NCBI RefSeq assembly: GCF_037042905.1
Contig: NC_087256.1
Coordinates: 11,408,001 to 11,472,000 of the forward strand
Direction of reading: 5' to 3'
DNA length: 64,000 nucleotides
Source of the DNA: Lytechinus pictus
Taxonomy: Eukaryota
The translations under genes were made by a program, and so were the position numbers. Positions 1 through 12,585 of this stretch are shown here, in pieces (position 1 is the stretch's first letter; each line of letters opens with the position of its first letter). The notes beneath the pieces were generated by a model. The model made no database searches. It was not told where the DNA came from and saw only the letters and a program-made list of their open reading frames with translations.

Positions 1-240
1 AAGGCATCAATCCATGCCCTTGCCACTCTCCATCCAGGTGCTAAATGGGTACCCGGTAAGATGTGAAAGTCAATCGCTTGTCCAGCATATAGTATGTGCC
101 TCATTGGCGACTGACTGAGATACTCCCGATGGAGTGGAGGATGTGGATTCATTGTGTGTGGGAATGATTGATTCAATCAGATGACCAGGATAATAATAAA
201 TCTGTTAAGGCGCTTTATAGATATGCACTATATATGTCTC
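1..240 (+). mobile_element. 3' part of a tRNA-derived SINE (truncated by window edge)
   Basis: Shares the central motif (CCAGGTG..AATGGGTACCCGGTA) and a degenerate AAGGCGCTT...GCACTATATA tail with the full SINE at 7958-8260. Confidence 0.55.
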
Positions 241-489
241 AAGCACATTGTAAATAACCAGATTATGATTAGAAGTATTAACAATCTTGATATTATTCAT
301 ATACCTCCTCAAAGCTTACAATGATCCTGGTGTATAGTCTGGAGACACACCCACTTCGAATTACTCATATTTTTTTCATATTGCGACAGGGAGCCAAGAC
401 ACGCTCCCGACTTGGCTCTCCACCCTTGGACTGTGCAATTTAGTAGGTGTATTACATTTACTCAAACCTCAAAATACATGTACCTGATA

Positions 490-790
490 ATTATTTTTCT
501 GCATTCATACCGACCCGAATAAAGCAGACTGTTTCTGGTTAAGTTCTCATAGTTATAAGCATGCGCAGTATGGTCTAATTAGAAGGCGAGGCAAAAGCAG
601 CCCTCAGAGCCGGCACCCAACAACTCACTGGGTTGAGAAAGTTCTTGTAATTTCGGCAAATACCTGCTAAATAGCTGCTTTTTTCTTTCAGGGATATTAC
701 AAATATTTTGCTTTCACATTGGCAAAAATATATACATGTAGTATTTTCTGATCTGGGGAGATGAGGGGAAATTTTCGAATGAGTGAATAC
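490..790 (+). mobile_element. Diverged internal fragment of the MITE family present at 50375 and 58669
   Basis: Shared blocks in the same order: GCATGCGCAGTATGGTCTAAT, AAAGTTCT(T/C)GTAATTTCG, CTTTCACATT, TTTTCTGATC. Confidence 0.6.
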
Positions 791-1072
791 CCGGGGGGCG
801 CCTTAACAAAGAGTTTTGATCGATCCGATCAATCGCAACTATGGAAAGCCAGCAAAGTCAACATATAAAATGCATGTTTGTTCAAAAAAAATTCTAGATA
901 TGAATATATATCCATAAATTAATTGATTTCTTGACAATTTGGTGTGTTCTCCTTTGTTTACAACTTAGGACAGTTTGCAAATTTCCTGTAGAAAAAATTA
1001 TGACACTGATGGATTTCCATAGAGTTACGATTGATTGGATCAATTGTAACGCTTTGTAAGACGGGGCCCTGG
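791..1072. mobile_element. Palindromic MITE (about 60-bp imperfect TIRs)
   Basis: Left ACAAAGAGTT..GATCCGATCAATCGCAACTATGGAAA matches the reverse complement of right TTTCCATAGAGTTACGATTGATTGGATC..AACGCTTTGT. Confidence 0.7.
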
Positions 1073-2099
1073 TGTTCTTTAACTTTGAGGCAGTCTGAAT
1101 ACTCCTGTATTGTCAGTAGCTTTATAGCAACATATATCAACAAAATTACTTGATATGCGACATGTCAGTTGACACTCGCCCTCATTATTATCTATCAAAA
1201 AAAAAAAATAAGATTTAGAAACTTGTTCTGCTCGCCTTGGGCATTTCATGAAATAAATACCAGTAGCGATTTTCACTGACAACTGATATAATTAATAAGC
1301 TGCTGATACCCTTGCATCTGATTGGCTGAAAACAAATTTACTTGTTGAAAATCATTGACAGTTTGCTTTGTGGAATACTCCCCTTTCGTGATGCAGTCAA
1401 TTACCTTCGATATGATTCTCATCGTAAGATTGATTTTATCTTTGTGTGTATGTGCAACATTCCATGCAAACTACAAAGTGAATCTAAACACATATTCAAA
1501 CACTGATTATCCATATCCCAAGTTCACTTTTGTATGAAATGCTCATGTATTTTTTTGTTGTGGAATAATATAATAATAATAGTAGTTACATTTATGTAGA
1601 GCTTATTGCACTCTACTAAATACATTGATCTAACCCTTGATCATGCTTTGAAGTCAGTGCGATTTATCATTGAATAACAAACAAAGTAAATTTTTTGTGC
1701 AAAGTCTGATTCAATAAATCCAGGGTCTTCTTTGCTAATAAGAGCCAGTGATTCCCTAATACACATATTTACAATGATTAATGCAGCTTAAAAGATAGTT
1801 TTTCACCAATTCCTGAGGATGATAAATTGTCTTCAAAATATGAAAACGTTTATTTCTTTGAAAAAAATAATATTGAGTGATTAGCTTCTGTTGTTACATA
1901 GATTCTAGTATGTACTTGCAAACATTAAAGTAGAAATGATTTCTTTTCAGCCTTACGTCGATTTGTAAGACTGACAAAATATCTCTAATTGTCCTCCAAA
2001 TTTATTTGATTTTGAAGCAATCAGTAGAAAGCATAGGTAAACTTCTTCATCATATCGAAATCAAATTTAATTTAAAAAAAAATCATGATTCCCAGAAAT

Positions 2100-2726
2100 C
2101 GTCGGCGGTCATCCGAACCCATGGGCAAACCCATTTCAGAGAAAATCGACTTCAAAGTTTACTATAATTTTCACTTAGTTCCCCAGCCTTACAACATATT
2201 CATTGCTTGAAAAATACATGTTTGGAAAGAACAAGAAAATTGCTTGACATTGGTATTTTTATTTTTACACAAAAGTAAGGATCCAAGAAAATATGGCAAA
2301 AGAGCTACATGCTTGTAATTTGGGTTTGAGCGACTTAGAATTTCCCTGTACAAAATGCCATAGGGAAAAAGTGTTACGACATTTTGACTGACCGCGAGTT
2401 CAGTGCGCGCGATCGGTCAAAACGTCGTATCGCTTTTCATGTGCAAAGTCAATGCAGTGCCCAGTGCCGATACGGCGGTTTGGTCAAAACGTCGTATTGC
2501 CCTGCAACAGTACACGTTTCAAATGGGATTTGTGCATTTTATTAAAATTTTGTATGTTATCGCTTTGAAAATCCTCTCATATCTCAGAAAATAAAATATT
2601 TTGCTGCCTATAAATTTAGTTATGAATAGAGTAGGACTTGTACTTTTATTTTCTGCAAAAATCTCAAAATCTATTTTTTTTTTGGACCAAAATTGACTGA
2701 TACGACAGTTCGTAGGACTGCCGACG
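2100..2726. mobile_element. Non-autonomous DNA transposon, Sola1-like (4-bp AWWT TSD)
   Basis: TIR CGTCGGCGGTCATCCGAAC ... GTTCGTAGGACTGCCGACG, flanked on both sides by AAAT (2096-2099, 2727-2730). Internal direct repeat GGTCAAAACGTCGTAT. The superfamily is inferred from the TSD only. Confidence 0.7.
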
Positions 2727-4108
2727 AAATGATCCAGATACATTTCATCAGGTATTTACTGAACATGAATGCATGGGAGGATATTGAATAGGTTAATCAT
2801 ATCCAGTTTATGAAAGCAAAATAAATACATCTATATGCTAGGATGGAAGACAGAAATACCTTAATGTCAGGAAATAAATATTTCTATGGTGCCAAGAGAC
2901 CAGAACATTTGAAATGTGCAAACATAATATTAAAAAGCAAAACTCTGTATTAATGTTTGTCTTGTGATGTATGTGTATGTTTGCCAAAAGTGATAAAGAA
3001 AATTAACTTTTGTTAGCAAGTGATGATTGTTCTTGATTCTCTGCCAAGAGTGTTAGGTAGCTTAAAAAGGGTAGTCCAGTAAATATTTGTTTTCATTTTG
3101 CGATTTTACTTTTAAAAGGTTATACATGTAGACCTATATGTCTTGGCATATCACATGGATGTAAGGATGCCTACTTATTGTATTCAATCTTTATCCTCCA
3201 TTCTGTGAAATTAATTTATTATGGGTTTTTGTGGGGTTGGTGGTAATTATATCATTGAATTAGATATTTAGCTCAACACTAATTTACATTCTAATCAACC
3301 AATACCATGCACCAAATTCAAACTGTTACATTCATTTTATAGCTCTTCTGTGTAATGTTGCTGTTTCCTCATTATCTTTACTTAGATTGTTTCACGACTA
3401 ACTTTTGAGGAATTTCATTGAAGAAGCAACAAATCAAATCAGTTGATTTATCATGCAAATTTTCAACACGTGTGATATTCGCAGTAGATTAATGATGGAG
3501 CAATAAAAAAGGATGTCAGTGAATACATCTGGAGGTGTTTATATGTCATATGAAATTGTAACATGCATCAATTCAGGTCTAATTTAATATAATGGCTTTT
3601 GCATAAGGTGTCTTGAATAGTAATTAAAAAAATCTGTAATTTCGTATATAATCAAATAATTGTCAAATTTCTTCATTCAGATAATTAGGTCAGTTATGAT
3701 TTCTGACACACATGACTAGTCCCATCCAGATATTCTGTGATTGTTAAGTTCTGGTTGGAAACATTTTCAAAGCTGTTGAAGAAGAATACCCCTCCACACT
3801 TTCATAAATTTGTGGGTGTGGAGTGAGTGTAACTGTAAGCTTTTTTAATTCATAGAACGAACGTCCAGGACCACAAGGTGCGTTTGCTGAGATCCTTAGA
3901 AGGATTTTTGAAAGCTGCACATGACAACCACATTCCTAGCATTTTTAATAAATCCAGATCAGCTACAAATAGTGACAAGCCCCCCCCCAAAAAAAAAAAA
4001 AAATCTAAAAGGTTAGAATTTAAATTGTTTTCAGATTTAAAAGTTAATCCTTAAGATTAAAAATAAATCTTAAAATTTGGCTGGCCATTATTCACTGCTG
4101 AACTGGCT

Positions 4109-5486
4109 TTAAAGAAATATATTGCCAATCCAATAAAATGGAAAATTATATACATGTATCAAATTAAAGCAGAAAATAAGAAGAACACGGTGGTGTGCTT
4201 CATTTATCATGGAGACGGATGAAAGTCACTTGATAGTTTTAGAGTTTTCTCTCTGAATGCTTCGAACACGGAAATAACGGCCGTGAAATTGGTGATTTTT
4301 GATGAGGTGTATGCTGGTATGAGAGACGTGATTGGCTACCCCACATCAAGCTTCACCTGCGTGCAAAACCTGTTGCGAGGGTACGTCTTCTCCACACTTT
4401 CACTGAATACTTTGATCACAAAATGGAAGAAAACCCAAGTTTATCGAGATTTGGATTTAGAAATTGATGATTTTGAAGAAGAACTGCTTGATGATGAAGA
4501 TTGTAGCTATAGTGAACGATAAAGTGATGTGGATGAAGATGAAGGTGGAGTAGGGGAATTACGCCGGTGATGGTGAGTCGGATGAACTCACATGTAACTA
4601 CACCCTGCCGTACCACCAAATCCTTGAAAATCAAGTCCACCACGTCCAGATATTCTCTTCACTCACTCAACAAATTGACTTCGAAATGAGACCAAAAATG
4701 CTTATACTGTACTTACAAACAAATGTCCGAACCAAATACTTTCTGAATCCAAATCAACTCACTAATAGCAGCAGACAATACGCACCGGCGATGAACTTCA
4801 CATGGGTGGGATAGATATTCGCTCATTCTGTTTTTAATAGATCAAATTTCGGTCTCATTATTTTGACAAAATAATGAAACTCTAGGAATTCTTTTTTATT
4901 ATAAAAATATAGTAAAACCTATAATTATTTTTCTAATAATGATAAAACCTTTGTTGAAGCAAGTATTTGAGGTAAATTAAAAGTTAGATGGAAAAGTTCA
5001 TCCTCAATATGCGTAGCTTGCATGGGATTGTAAACAAACCCATTGAAAACAGAGCTAGCTTGGTCGCCTCGCTGAGAGTAGATGCACGTCCAGCACAGCT
5101 CTCAGCAAGGGCGAGCAAGTTAGCTCTTTTTTTGATGCTCTGTGCGTCTTGCGGATATCGTCTGCTGCTATTCATGAGTTGATTTGGATTTAGAAATTAT
5201 TTTCCATTTCGTGATCAAAGTATTCAGTGACAGTGTGGAGAAAACGTACCCTTGCAACAGGTTTTGCATGCAAGTGGAGCTTGATGTGGGATAGCTGTTA
5301 CATCTCTTGTACCAGCATACACGTCATCAAATTCGAGTCAATTCAGAGACAGTTCGAGACATATTTCGGAGAGGCCTTTTTTTTTCTTCAATTTTTTCAA
5401 ATGACATAATGATAATACCCACATCATTACTTTCCATTGATATATAGTAAGGCCATAATCATAATCTATTAATAGTTCTCCTTTAA
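4109..5486. mobile_element. Possible degenerate TTAA-flanked (Kolobok-like) DNA element
   Basis: TTAAAG.. at the left and ..CTCCTTTAA at the right, with CpG-richer interior. TIR match is poor and boundaries are uncertain. Confidence 0.3.
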
Positions 5487-6659
5487 ATGTAATTCTTGAA
5501 GTTTATAGTATACTAGTACCATGGTATGTTAATTACTTCACGGTCAACAATCTCAACTACACACTTGACCCTTGCCTCTGGTGTGCACAATTTGTGCTGT
5601 CTATGAAATCACATATTCATTATAAACCTCTCTTTAAGAATTTCAAATAATCTGTTCCTCTGATTGGTCAAAAGTGGGATCATCTATTTCACCATGTCTG
5701 CAAACAACAAACTTAGTTGGTTACCAAGGGCAATTTGCATAGTTATTAGTTAACAAGATTTACGCCTGTTGCCTGATCTGCCCCCCCCCCCCCCCCCCGA
5801 TTGGGCATAGTTCAATTTGACTGATCTGAGATCCCCATTTGATTGCATGCAAAATGTTGATTTCTGTGGTGATTGCATTGCCGTTCCCTTGAGCCTAGAA
5901 ACAACCATGCCTCTCATAGCAGTCCATATATCTATACTACTAATGTTGGACATCTGGTACACATCACGACCGCTGTTTTCAAAGCTTCAAAAAGTGTTAT
6001 ATTGACTGAAATTCAGAGTTTACCTCTCTATTGATGGTGTGTTCATAAATGCAAAATGAAAACAAATGTAAAGAGGGGTTTTTTTTATCAGCAAAGCTAG
6101 CATCGATATTTTACCAAAGAACTGTATTTTGAAATACTTTCATAATTGTGAAAAACCGTGAAATTTGCCAACCCCAGACATTACTCTCTGATTTTCAAGT
6201 TTCCCTAATACTTTTATCAGAACCTTAAACATCAAAGAATTACAAATGAATCAATATTTAAGATTGCGGCGACTCCACCCATCCTTTTAAAAGGACTTCA
6301 TCGCTATTCATATTTTCATCCAAACATTTTCAAATAATTCATCTTCTGGAGATGGTATCGTCTGTGTTTTTTTGTTTTTATTTTCATTCTATGAGCTGTT
6401 TTGCGGTTGTTCATTCTTCAATGGGTGCAGCCATGCACATTGAAGTGCTCTGCCCAGAAGTGATGTGATTTTCTTTCTTGGTCCTCTGCGTACGTACGCT
6501 ATTTACCAAATGAAAGCTTTCCGCAAACAAGCCAGCCTAGTATGATGATGCTGTGTGGATATGAGCCGGGCTTCATAAATTATTTTTAGTCTCTCTCTTG
6601 TATTCTTTTGCATGCCTTCTACACCGCTTTGTCTCTGCTCTAGAATGTCACTATTATGG

Positions 6660-7250
6660 TTGGCTCTTCTTTCTTTTTTTCTCTGTCCTCTTCATCTTTC
6701 TCTCCTCTTCTTTTTTCTCTTCTCTCTTTATGTATCTTCCCTCTTTTATTTTCATTTTCCCTTCCTCTTTTTCTCATCATCTCGTATGCTCTATTTCTAT
6801 TCTTTTGCATCACCCTCTCTTCTCCCCTCCCATTGCTGTATACCCCTCTATACTCCAATATATATGTCCATGGGGCGTTGAAAGATAATATTTGCAATCA
6901 AACACAAAATTTTGATGCAAATTTACAATTGATATACATGTATGTATCAATTGTATCTAGAGAAAATTGACCTTTTCTACTTGGTGCAAAAATACCAGCA
7001 AACAAGTGAAAATTGTTTAATTAATTGCCAGACTTGTGATTGATTTTAGGATTAAAAATTGACTTGTTTCATGAGACATCGCTCTCTCTTTCTCTCTCCC
7101 CCTCTTTTTCCCTCTCCCTCTTTCCATCTCCCTCCCCTCTGTCTGTCTGTCTCTCTTCCCTTCTCTATCCCTCCCTCTCTCTCTTTCTCCCCTATCTCCT
7201 CTATTATCTTCACTCTATCATCTTTCATTCTTTCTGTCTCCATCTATCAC
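6660..7250. repeat. Two CT-rich low-complexity tracts (about 6660-6850 and 7080-7250)
   Basis: Degenerate (CT)n/(CTT)n runs that account for the overlapping F/L/S and E/R/K ORFs. Confidence 0.85.
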
Positions 7251-7957
7251 CCTCCTGACAATCAAACCAATGTATTTTCACACACAGAACATCAGTATAT
7301 TGAGGGAGGCCGGGTCATCACGGAAGCATGCAAGTAAAAGCAGTCAGGCTAGCAGCAGGCATATCAGTAGCTGGGGCTGGGATTATACCGTTGCCTTGGT
7401 AGTGACGTCAATGCATCCTCCCTCCAAAGGGGGCATTCACACTTGCTCTTTTACATTACACTTTTATTCTCATGGCGCTAAAAAATTTGACTCAGAATGG
7501 TGTCAACAGGGAGTCAACTCTTCAAATTAATTTCATTCTTAATTCATTTGACTCCAAATGCTATCAGCTGAAAATAACTCAATTCTGAGTAGAAGTGACT
7601 TGGAAAATTAGTTATTTTGACTCCTAGCTGTTGCCATTCCAAGTCAAATATGACACCATAGAATCTGCCAAGATTACCAAATCTAGGATAAATTGGTGGA
7701 AACAGACCTGTCGATTCTGTTTTATCCTGATCAAACTTTGTAATTGGAAAGTTAGTTTTTTCTTTATCAATGTTTTACTTGTATCCAACTTCATATAATC
7801 CATGATTTTCCGATGCTTAAAGATGGAAATATTTTGCTACAAGGTGCGCTTTTGCTTTATACGTTGTGGCACGTACATATAGACTACCATCATATTGATA
7901 CCGATTGTCGGTTGTTTATATTTTTTTAGTTAGATTCTCCTCTCCTTACAGCAATGT

Positions 7958-8260
7958 GGAGCGTTGGAGCGTTGTGGCCCAGTGGATTAGTCTCCGGACT
8001 TTGAAACAGAGGGTCATGGGTTCGAATCCCAGCCATGGCGTAATTTCCTTCGGCAAGAAATTTATCCACATTGTGCTGCTATCGACCCATGTGAGGTGAA
8101 TGGGTACCCGGTAGGATTTATTCCTCGAACGCTTTAGCGCCTATTAATATAGCGGCTCAGCTACAGCCGGGGTAATAATATGATACCAAGTATCAAAGCG
8201 CAGTTGAGTATATGCACATAGTAACTGCGCTATATATATGGACATATTATTATTATTATT
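7958..8260 (+). mobile_element. Full-length tRNA-derived SINE with L2-type 3' tail
   Basis: A-box TGGCCCAGTGG, B-box GGTTCGAATCC, CORE-like centre (CCTTCGGCAAG...AATGGGTACC), 3' stem-loop AAGCGCAGTT..AACTGCGCT, (TAT)n tail, and target-site duplication AATGT(GG) at 7953 and 8261. Confidence 0.88.
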
Positions 8261-10311
8261 AATGTGGGTCATACATACGTACTCCAACTGCATCAAGTAT
8301 TTACCCTTCTTTTTACCATTTGACTGATTCTATGGATGTACCTGTACATACACATGTGTTCACACCATATCTTTTTCTCCATGAAAAAAAAAGGATAAAA
8401 ATTTTGATGTGCATTAATAGATTACATAGCCCGCATTATAATGATCATGTTAGATTTCTGAAGGATGATCTGAAACAGCCGGAGCTTGTGGACTTATCCA
8501 GGCTAGATCCAGGCCAGTGCCTTCCCAAAATACCTAACATATTGACATGACAACAGATAATGACATCTATTGGACGTTTTATGACATAGTTTGACAGTGA
8601 CAGTGTCTACGCAGTCATGAAGGGGATTTGTATTAGGGTATACAAACTTATCTCAAACCATTATGTCTCTTTAAAATGTTCAAAATTTGTTTAAAACCTA
8701 CATATATTTTACAGCAAGTAGACACTTGGTATTAGAATGATTGAATACTGAAATCAAGCTATTTTCAATAGCCTTTGTTTTGAATGAAAATAATCTTGAA
8801 AGTTACTAGTATGTCCCATGCTGCTAATTCTTCCTTTTTGAAATACAGGATAAAGTGTAAAATAATTAATATCTTCATTTATAAAAATTGATCCGTTGAA
8901 TGCTTTCTAATACTGATTGCATACATTAGGTGCATCAGTGTCCTGTTGACACTTCAAGTTTGTATTTTTATTTTTTTCTATCTTGATGAGCCAAAAAACA
9001 ATACAATACAGCACCGTAGTTTTGATTTTGTCTTGCCTGTCGCAACCGACCAGCCATAAACATAAAATCTGTGACAATTTTTGTTTTTTAGGTTCTACCA
9101 GATTAGACCTCGGCTTTCATGGGATCATTTACATTTTCAATTCACTCAAACACATATAGTATCAGTTCGTCAGCTTAGTAAATACATGAGGGTGACAGGC
9201 CCCCATGACAGCCCAAATCAACCCTAAAATTCACCCAAAATGCATGTTTTGGGGCAACCATTCTTTCTAGAGTCGCCCCGAGATCTGTTGCAAACAGTAT
9301 TCAAGATGTAGAAAAATCATTATTCTAACTATGACAGAATAATAATATTTGCTTTTATTGCATAATTGCTTGGTACCCCTAAAAAGTAGCCCTGAAAATG
9401 AAAGAGATGGCCCCAAAAATTCTAAAATCGCCCCAATGTGGAAAAAAAGCCAGCCCCTAAAACATAAAAAATATTTCCTACCATGCAATTCTTTCAGCCC
9501 TTAGCTAGGGACCCAGCATTGCAGCTTCTACATGTACTATTTAGTGCTTATTATGTATAGAACAGTTTACATAATCTTGTTCATTGATTTGAATTAACCA
9601 AGTAATATCCACCAAAGCCCATCCCATCTCCTTCATAGGATTAATCACTTATATTTTAATTCCCAACATGTTTTCAGTATGAACTCATCTTCCAGAATTA
9701 CATGTCTTCCTGCACACATTCAAGTGGGAAGTGTGTTCCAGATTAAAGGCTTCACTCCCATCGTGGATCAATATGGTATCCAGCTGTACATTGTTCCCTG
9801 CTAAAAGATATCCGCACATGTTGTTGCATCCCGCACTCAGGAAATCATATCTCCCAAGTATCGCATTCCACCGGATTCCTCAATGCTACCCTTTAGCATA
9901 AATTCTCATATAAACCCAATTAAGATGCATGTATCTGCCTCTGCCAGCAAGCACCCTGCACCGCCTAAAAACAATTTGAATATCGTTTGGATTCATTCCT
10001 GACAGAGTAGATCCATCAGCCTGATTTGGAAATCGAGTGAAAATCGCAAAAAATGTTTGACCATCGACAACATTGGATATATGCCATTGACAAGTAACCT
10101 GTTGAATCTAATTGGGAAAAAGACAATCCAGACACAGTCAGCGTTGCATGTGTTAGCATTATGCATGTTACAATGGAATATTGGCGTACAGATTTTTGTT
10201 GTTTTGGTCTATTGGTTGTTTATAACGTGAGTACTGCAATAAGCCCTTTTGTATATCACATTAATTTGGGCAGTGTCACAATCAGAGGTAGATGTGAACG
10301 TGTTAATACAT

Positions 10312-10474
10312 CAGGGGAGTGTTTCATCAACATTTTCATCCGACAAGTTGTCAGATCTGACATCTTTCCTTGATTCTGATTGGCTGAGAGGCACTGTTAC
10401 TATAGTAACTGTCGGATAAAATGGGACTTGTCGGATAAAACGTCCGACAAGTCCTTTCATGAAACGCTCCCCAG
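10312..10474. mobile_element. Short MITE (CAGGGGAGTGTTTCAT..ATGAAACGCTCCCCAG)
   Basis: Terminal inverted repeats and internal TCCGACA/TGTCGGA repeats. Contains ATTGG and the palindrome GTTACTATAGTAAC. Confidence 0.75.
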
Positions 10475-10579
10475 TTTACCACACTTTTACCAGTGTGTGA
10501 CTTGTGGGGGATTTTGCAAGAAAGTTGAGTTGTAATTTCGCATGATTCAACAGCAAATCAGTTAGTGGGATTTGCAATA

Positions 10580-10924
10580 CAGTGCGCCACCTATTGGTTG
10601 CAGCGGACAGGCCAAAATTCGCAGTGCCTCATGGGAAAAAGTCGACAACTGTGTTTCACTCGCTATTGCATGCATGCATGCGGTTATGCTGTTTAGTTAC
10701 CATGGTCAAGGATGTGGGGGAGAAATTTGCCGCATATTTCTTTGCAGAATTGGGACCACTTTCGGTGAATTATTCCTCTGCTTTTGCCGTAGGTTTGTTT
10801 CATTTTTAAAGCATCACAGTCACATTACAGTACAATAGCACTGTGGGCTGCCTGCACCTGCACGCGATGTCGACCTCGAAGTTGGAAATTGGCTTGTCCA
10901 CTGCAACCGATAGATGGCGCACCG
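10580..10924. mobile_element. Tc1/mariner-type MITE, probably nested in an older MITE (about 10505-11040)
   Basis: TA|CAGTGCGCCACCTATTGGTTGCAGCGGACAGGCCAA ... TTGGCTTGTCCACTGCAACCGATAGATGGCGCACCG|TA: about 40-bp TIR with TA TSD. Confidence 0.8.
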
Positions 10925-11334
10925 TATTGTGAATCCATTGAATCGCAATTTGACAGCCAATCCTGATCAACTGCAAGTAGTGCTCAATCAATTTCACAAA
11001 TTTGTGTTTAATCAGAAAACATGTGCTTGATTTTGCAACGGAATATAGTTTGTTGCTATGCCTGATTGGTTTTGAAAGGTTTGGTGTCAAAAAAGAAGTT
11101 AACTTTCGTTGGGTATTGCTCTTGCCCTATCATTATCAGGGTACTTGATTGATATTATGATCTAAAGAATTTAATGAGACCATTAAAAACTCTGAAATAT
11201 GAGAGAGATTATTGATGAGATTTGTGAGATTTTGAATAGTTTAGCTCAAATAAAAAGAAATATATTTTAGTTCCAATTTTTCATATATTTTAAGACTCTT
11301 CAATAAAACAGAGATAAATTGTAGAAAAACATGA

Positions 11335-11452
11335 GGGGTTTTCATTAAGCATTGTGTAATTTGTTCTGAGCCAATCAAATGCAAGAATTTCAGTAGCTTA
11401 TAACAAATGGTCAGTAACATTTGCTGACGTATTTGTTTCATGAAATACTCCG
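11335..11452. mobile_element. Small CCAAT-containing MITE family; related copies at about 1240-1385, 18880-18987 and 57792-57930
   Basis: Shared core AGCCAATCA..CAAG.ATTTCAGTAG.TTATAACA..T..CAGT and TTTCATGAAA termini. Confidence 0.6.
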
Positions 11453-12317
11453 CAGTATAGATCATGTCTTCTCACCATTATTTTAGCCACCATCATTGGT
11501 AATGTGTTGAATGATGAATGAGTCGGATGAGAATGGATTTGTTGGGGTTCGTTCAAGGGTTGATTAGAAGGGCTATAATGCCTTTGATATGGGATGCCTA
11601 AATATTTCAGAGTCATTACACATCAGCTTTAATAGACAAAAAAGCCTCTCAGATATACTGGCAATCTGATCATTTCTGTAAAGACTTTGCATACATTTCC
11701 ACATGAATTTGTAAAAAGTGGCATTGTACAGGCTCCACGATAATAATCATGTTGCAATTAGTGGCAAAGTGATTGTGACATTGTCTGTCAATTTTTTATC
11801 AACATACAGTAGATTGCTGCATACATGTATATGGTTGTTGGTACATTTTGAGAATTAATGATTATTCATAAATATGATAAACATTATCAAACATTTCGTG
11901 AGAATTGTTATTTCATGTATTGTATAGGTACATGCTATTAGAGGCATGTTGAAAATAAATTACAACTGCTGAGAAATCATTGTAATTTGTTTGAGTCAAG
12001 AACATTCTACTTCATTATAAACCTTCTTCCTTGATAAATATGTTTGTAAGCTACACATAGGCCTAATGTGAATCTTTAGAGATGATAATTGTACCAATAG
12101 ACAAATCAATAATTGCCCTAACCATGATTTTTTTTAAGATCCCACAGTCAAGAAAATTATGGTAGGAAGATACAGCAAAGAGGCATCAGAAACACACACA
12201 TTTTCCTTTTCTCTTGGGGGGGGGGGGCATTTTCGACATGCAAACCATGGGTACCTGTGTACATCAATGTAAATCACCATTTGTATGTAGCAATGATGTG
12301 ATTTTTATTCTAAAATC

Positions 12318-12454
12318 ATTTATCTATCTATCTGATGTATGTATCCACATCTATCTGTCTTTCTATCTATTCTATCTACATATCTGTCTGACTATCCATC
12401 TATCTATCTCTATCTTTCTACCTATCCATCCATCTGTCCATCTATCAGTCAATC
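12318..12454. repeat. (CTAT)n/(CCAT)n microsatellite abutting an assembly gap
   Basis: Degenerate tetranucleotide repeat visible directly. Confidence 0.85.
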
Positions 12455-12585
12455 NNNNNNNNNNNNNNNNNNNNNNNNNNNNNNNNNNNNNNNNNNNNNN
12501 NNNNNNNNNNNNNNNNNNNNNNNNNNNNNNNNNNNNNNNNNNNNNNNNNNNNNNNNNNNNNNNNNNNNNNNNNNNNNNNNNNNNN
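12455..12585. other. Assembly gap (131 N)
   Basis: Run of N. Confidence 1.

Noticed and set aside
4283-4522. 79-aa ORF with acidic C-terminus
   Set aside because: GTG start, no recognisable family, no splice support, and probably within a decayed DNA transposon.
6598-7337. Overlapping hydrophobic/charged ORFs
   Set aside because: Products of CT-rich low-complexity sequence.
7966-8040. tRNA-like sequence with A and B boxes
   Set aside because: It is the head of a SINE: it continues into the CORE-like body and tail and has a TSD. Not a tRNA gene.
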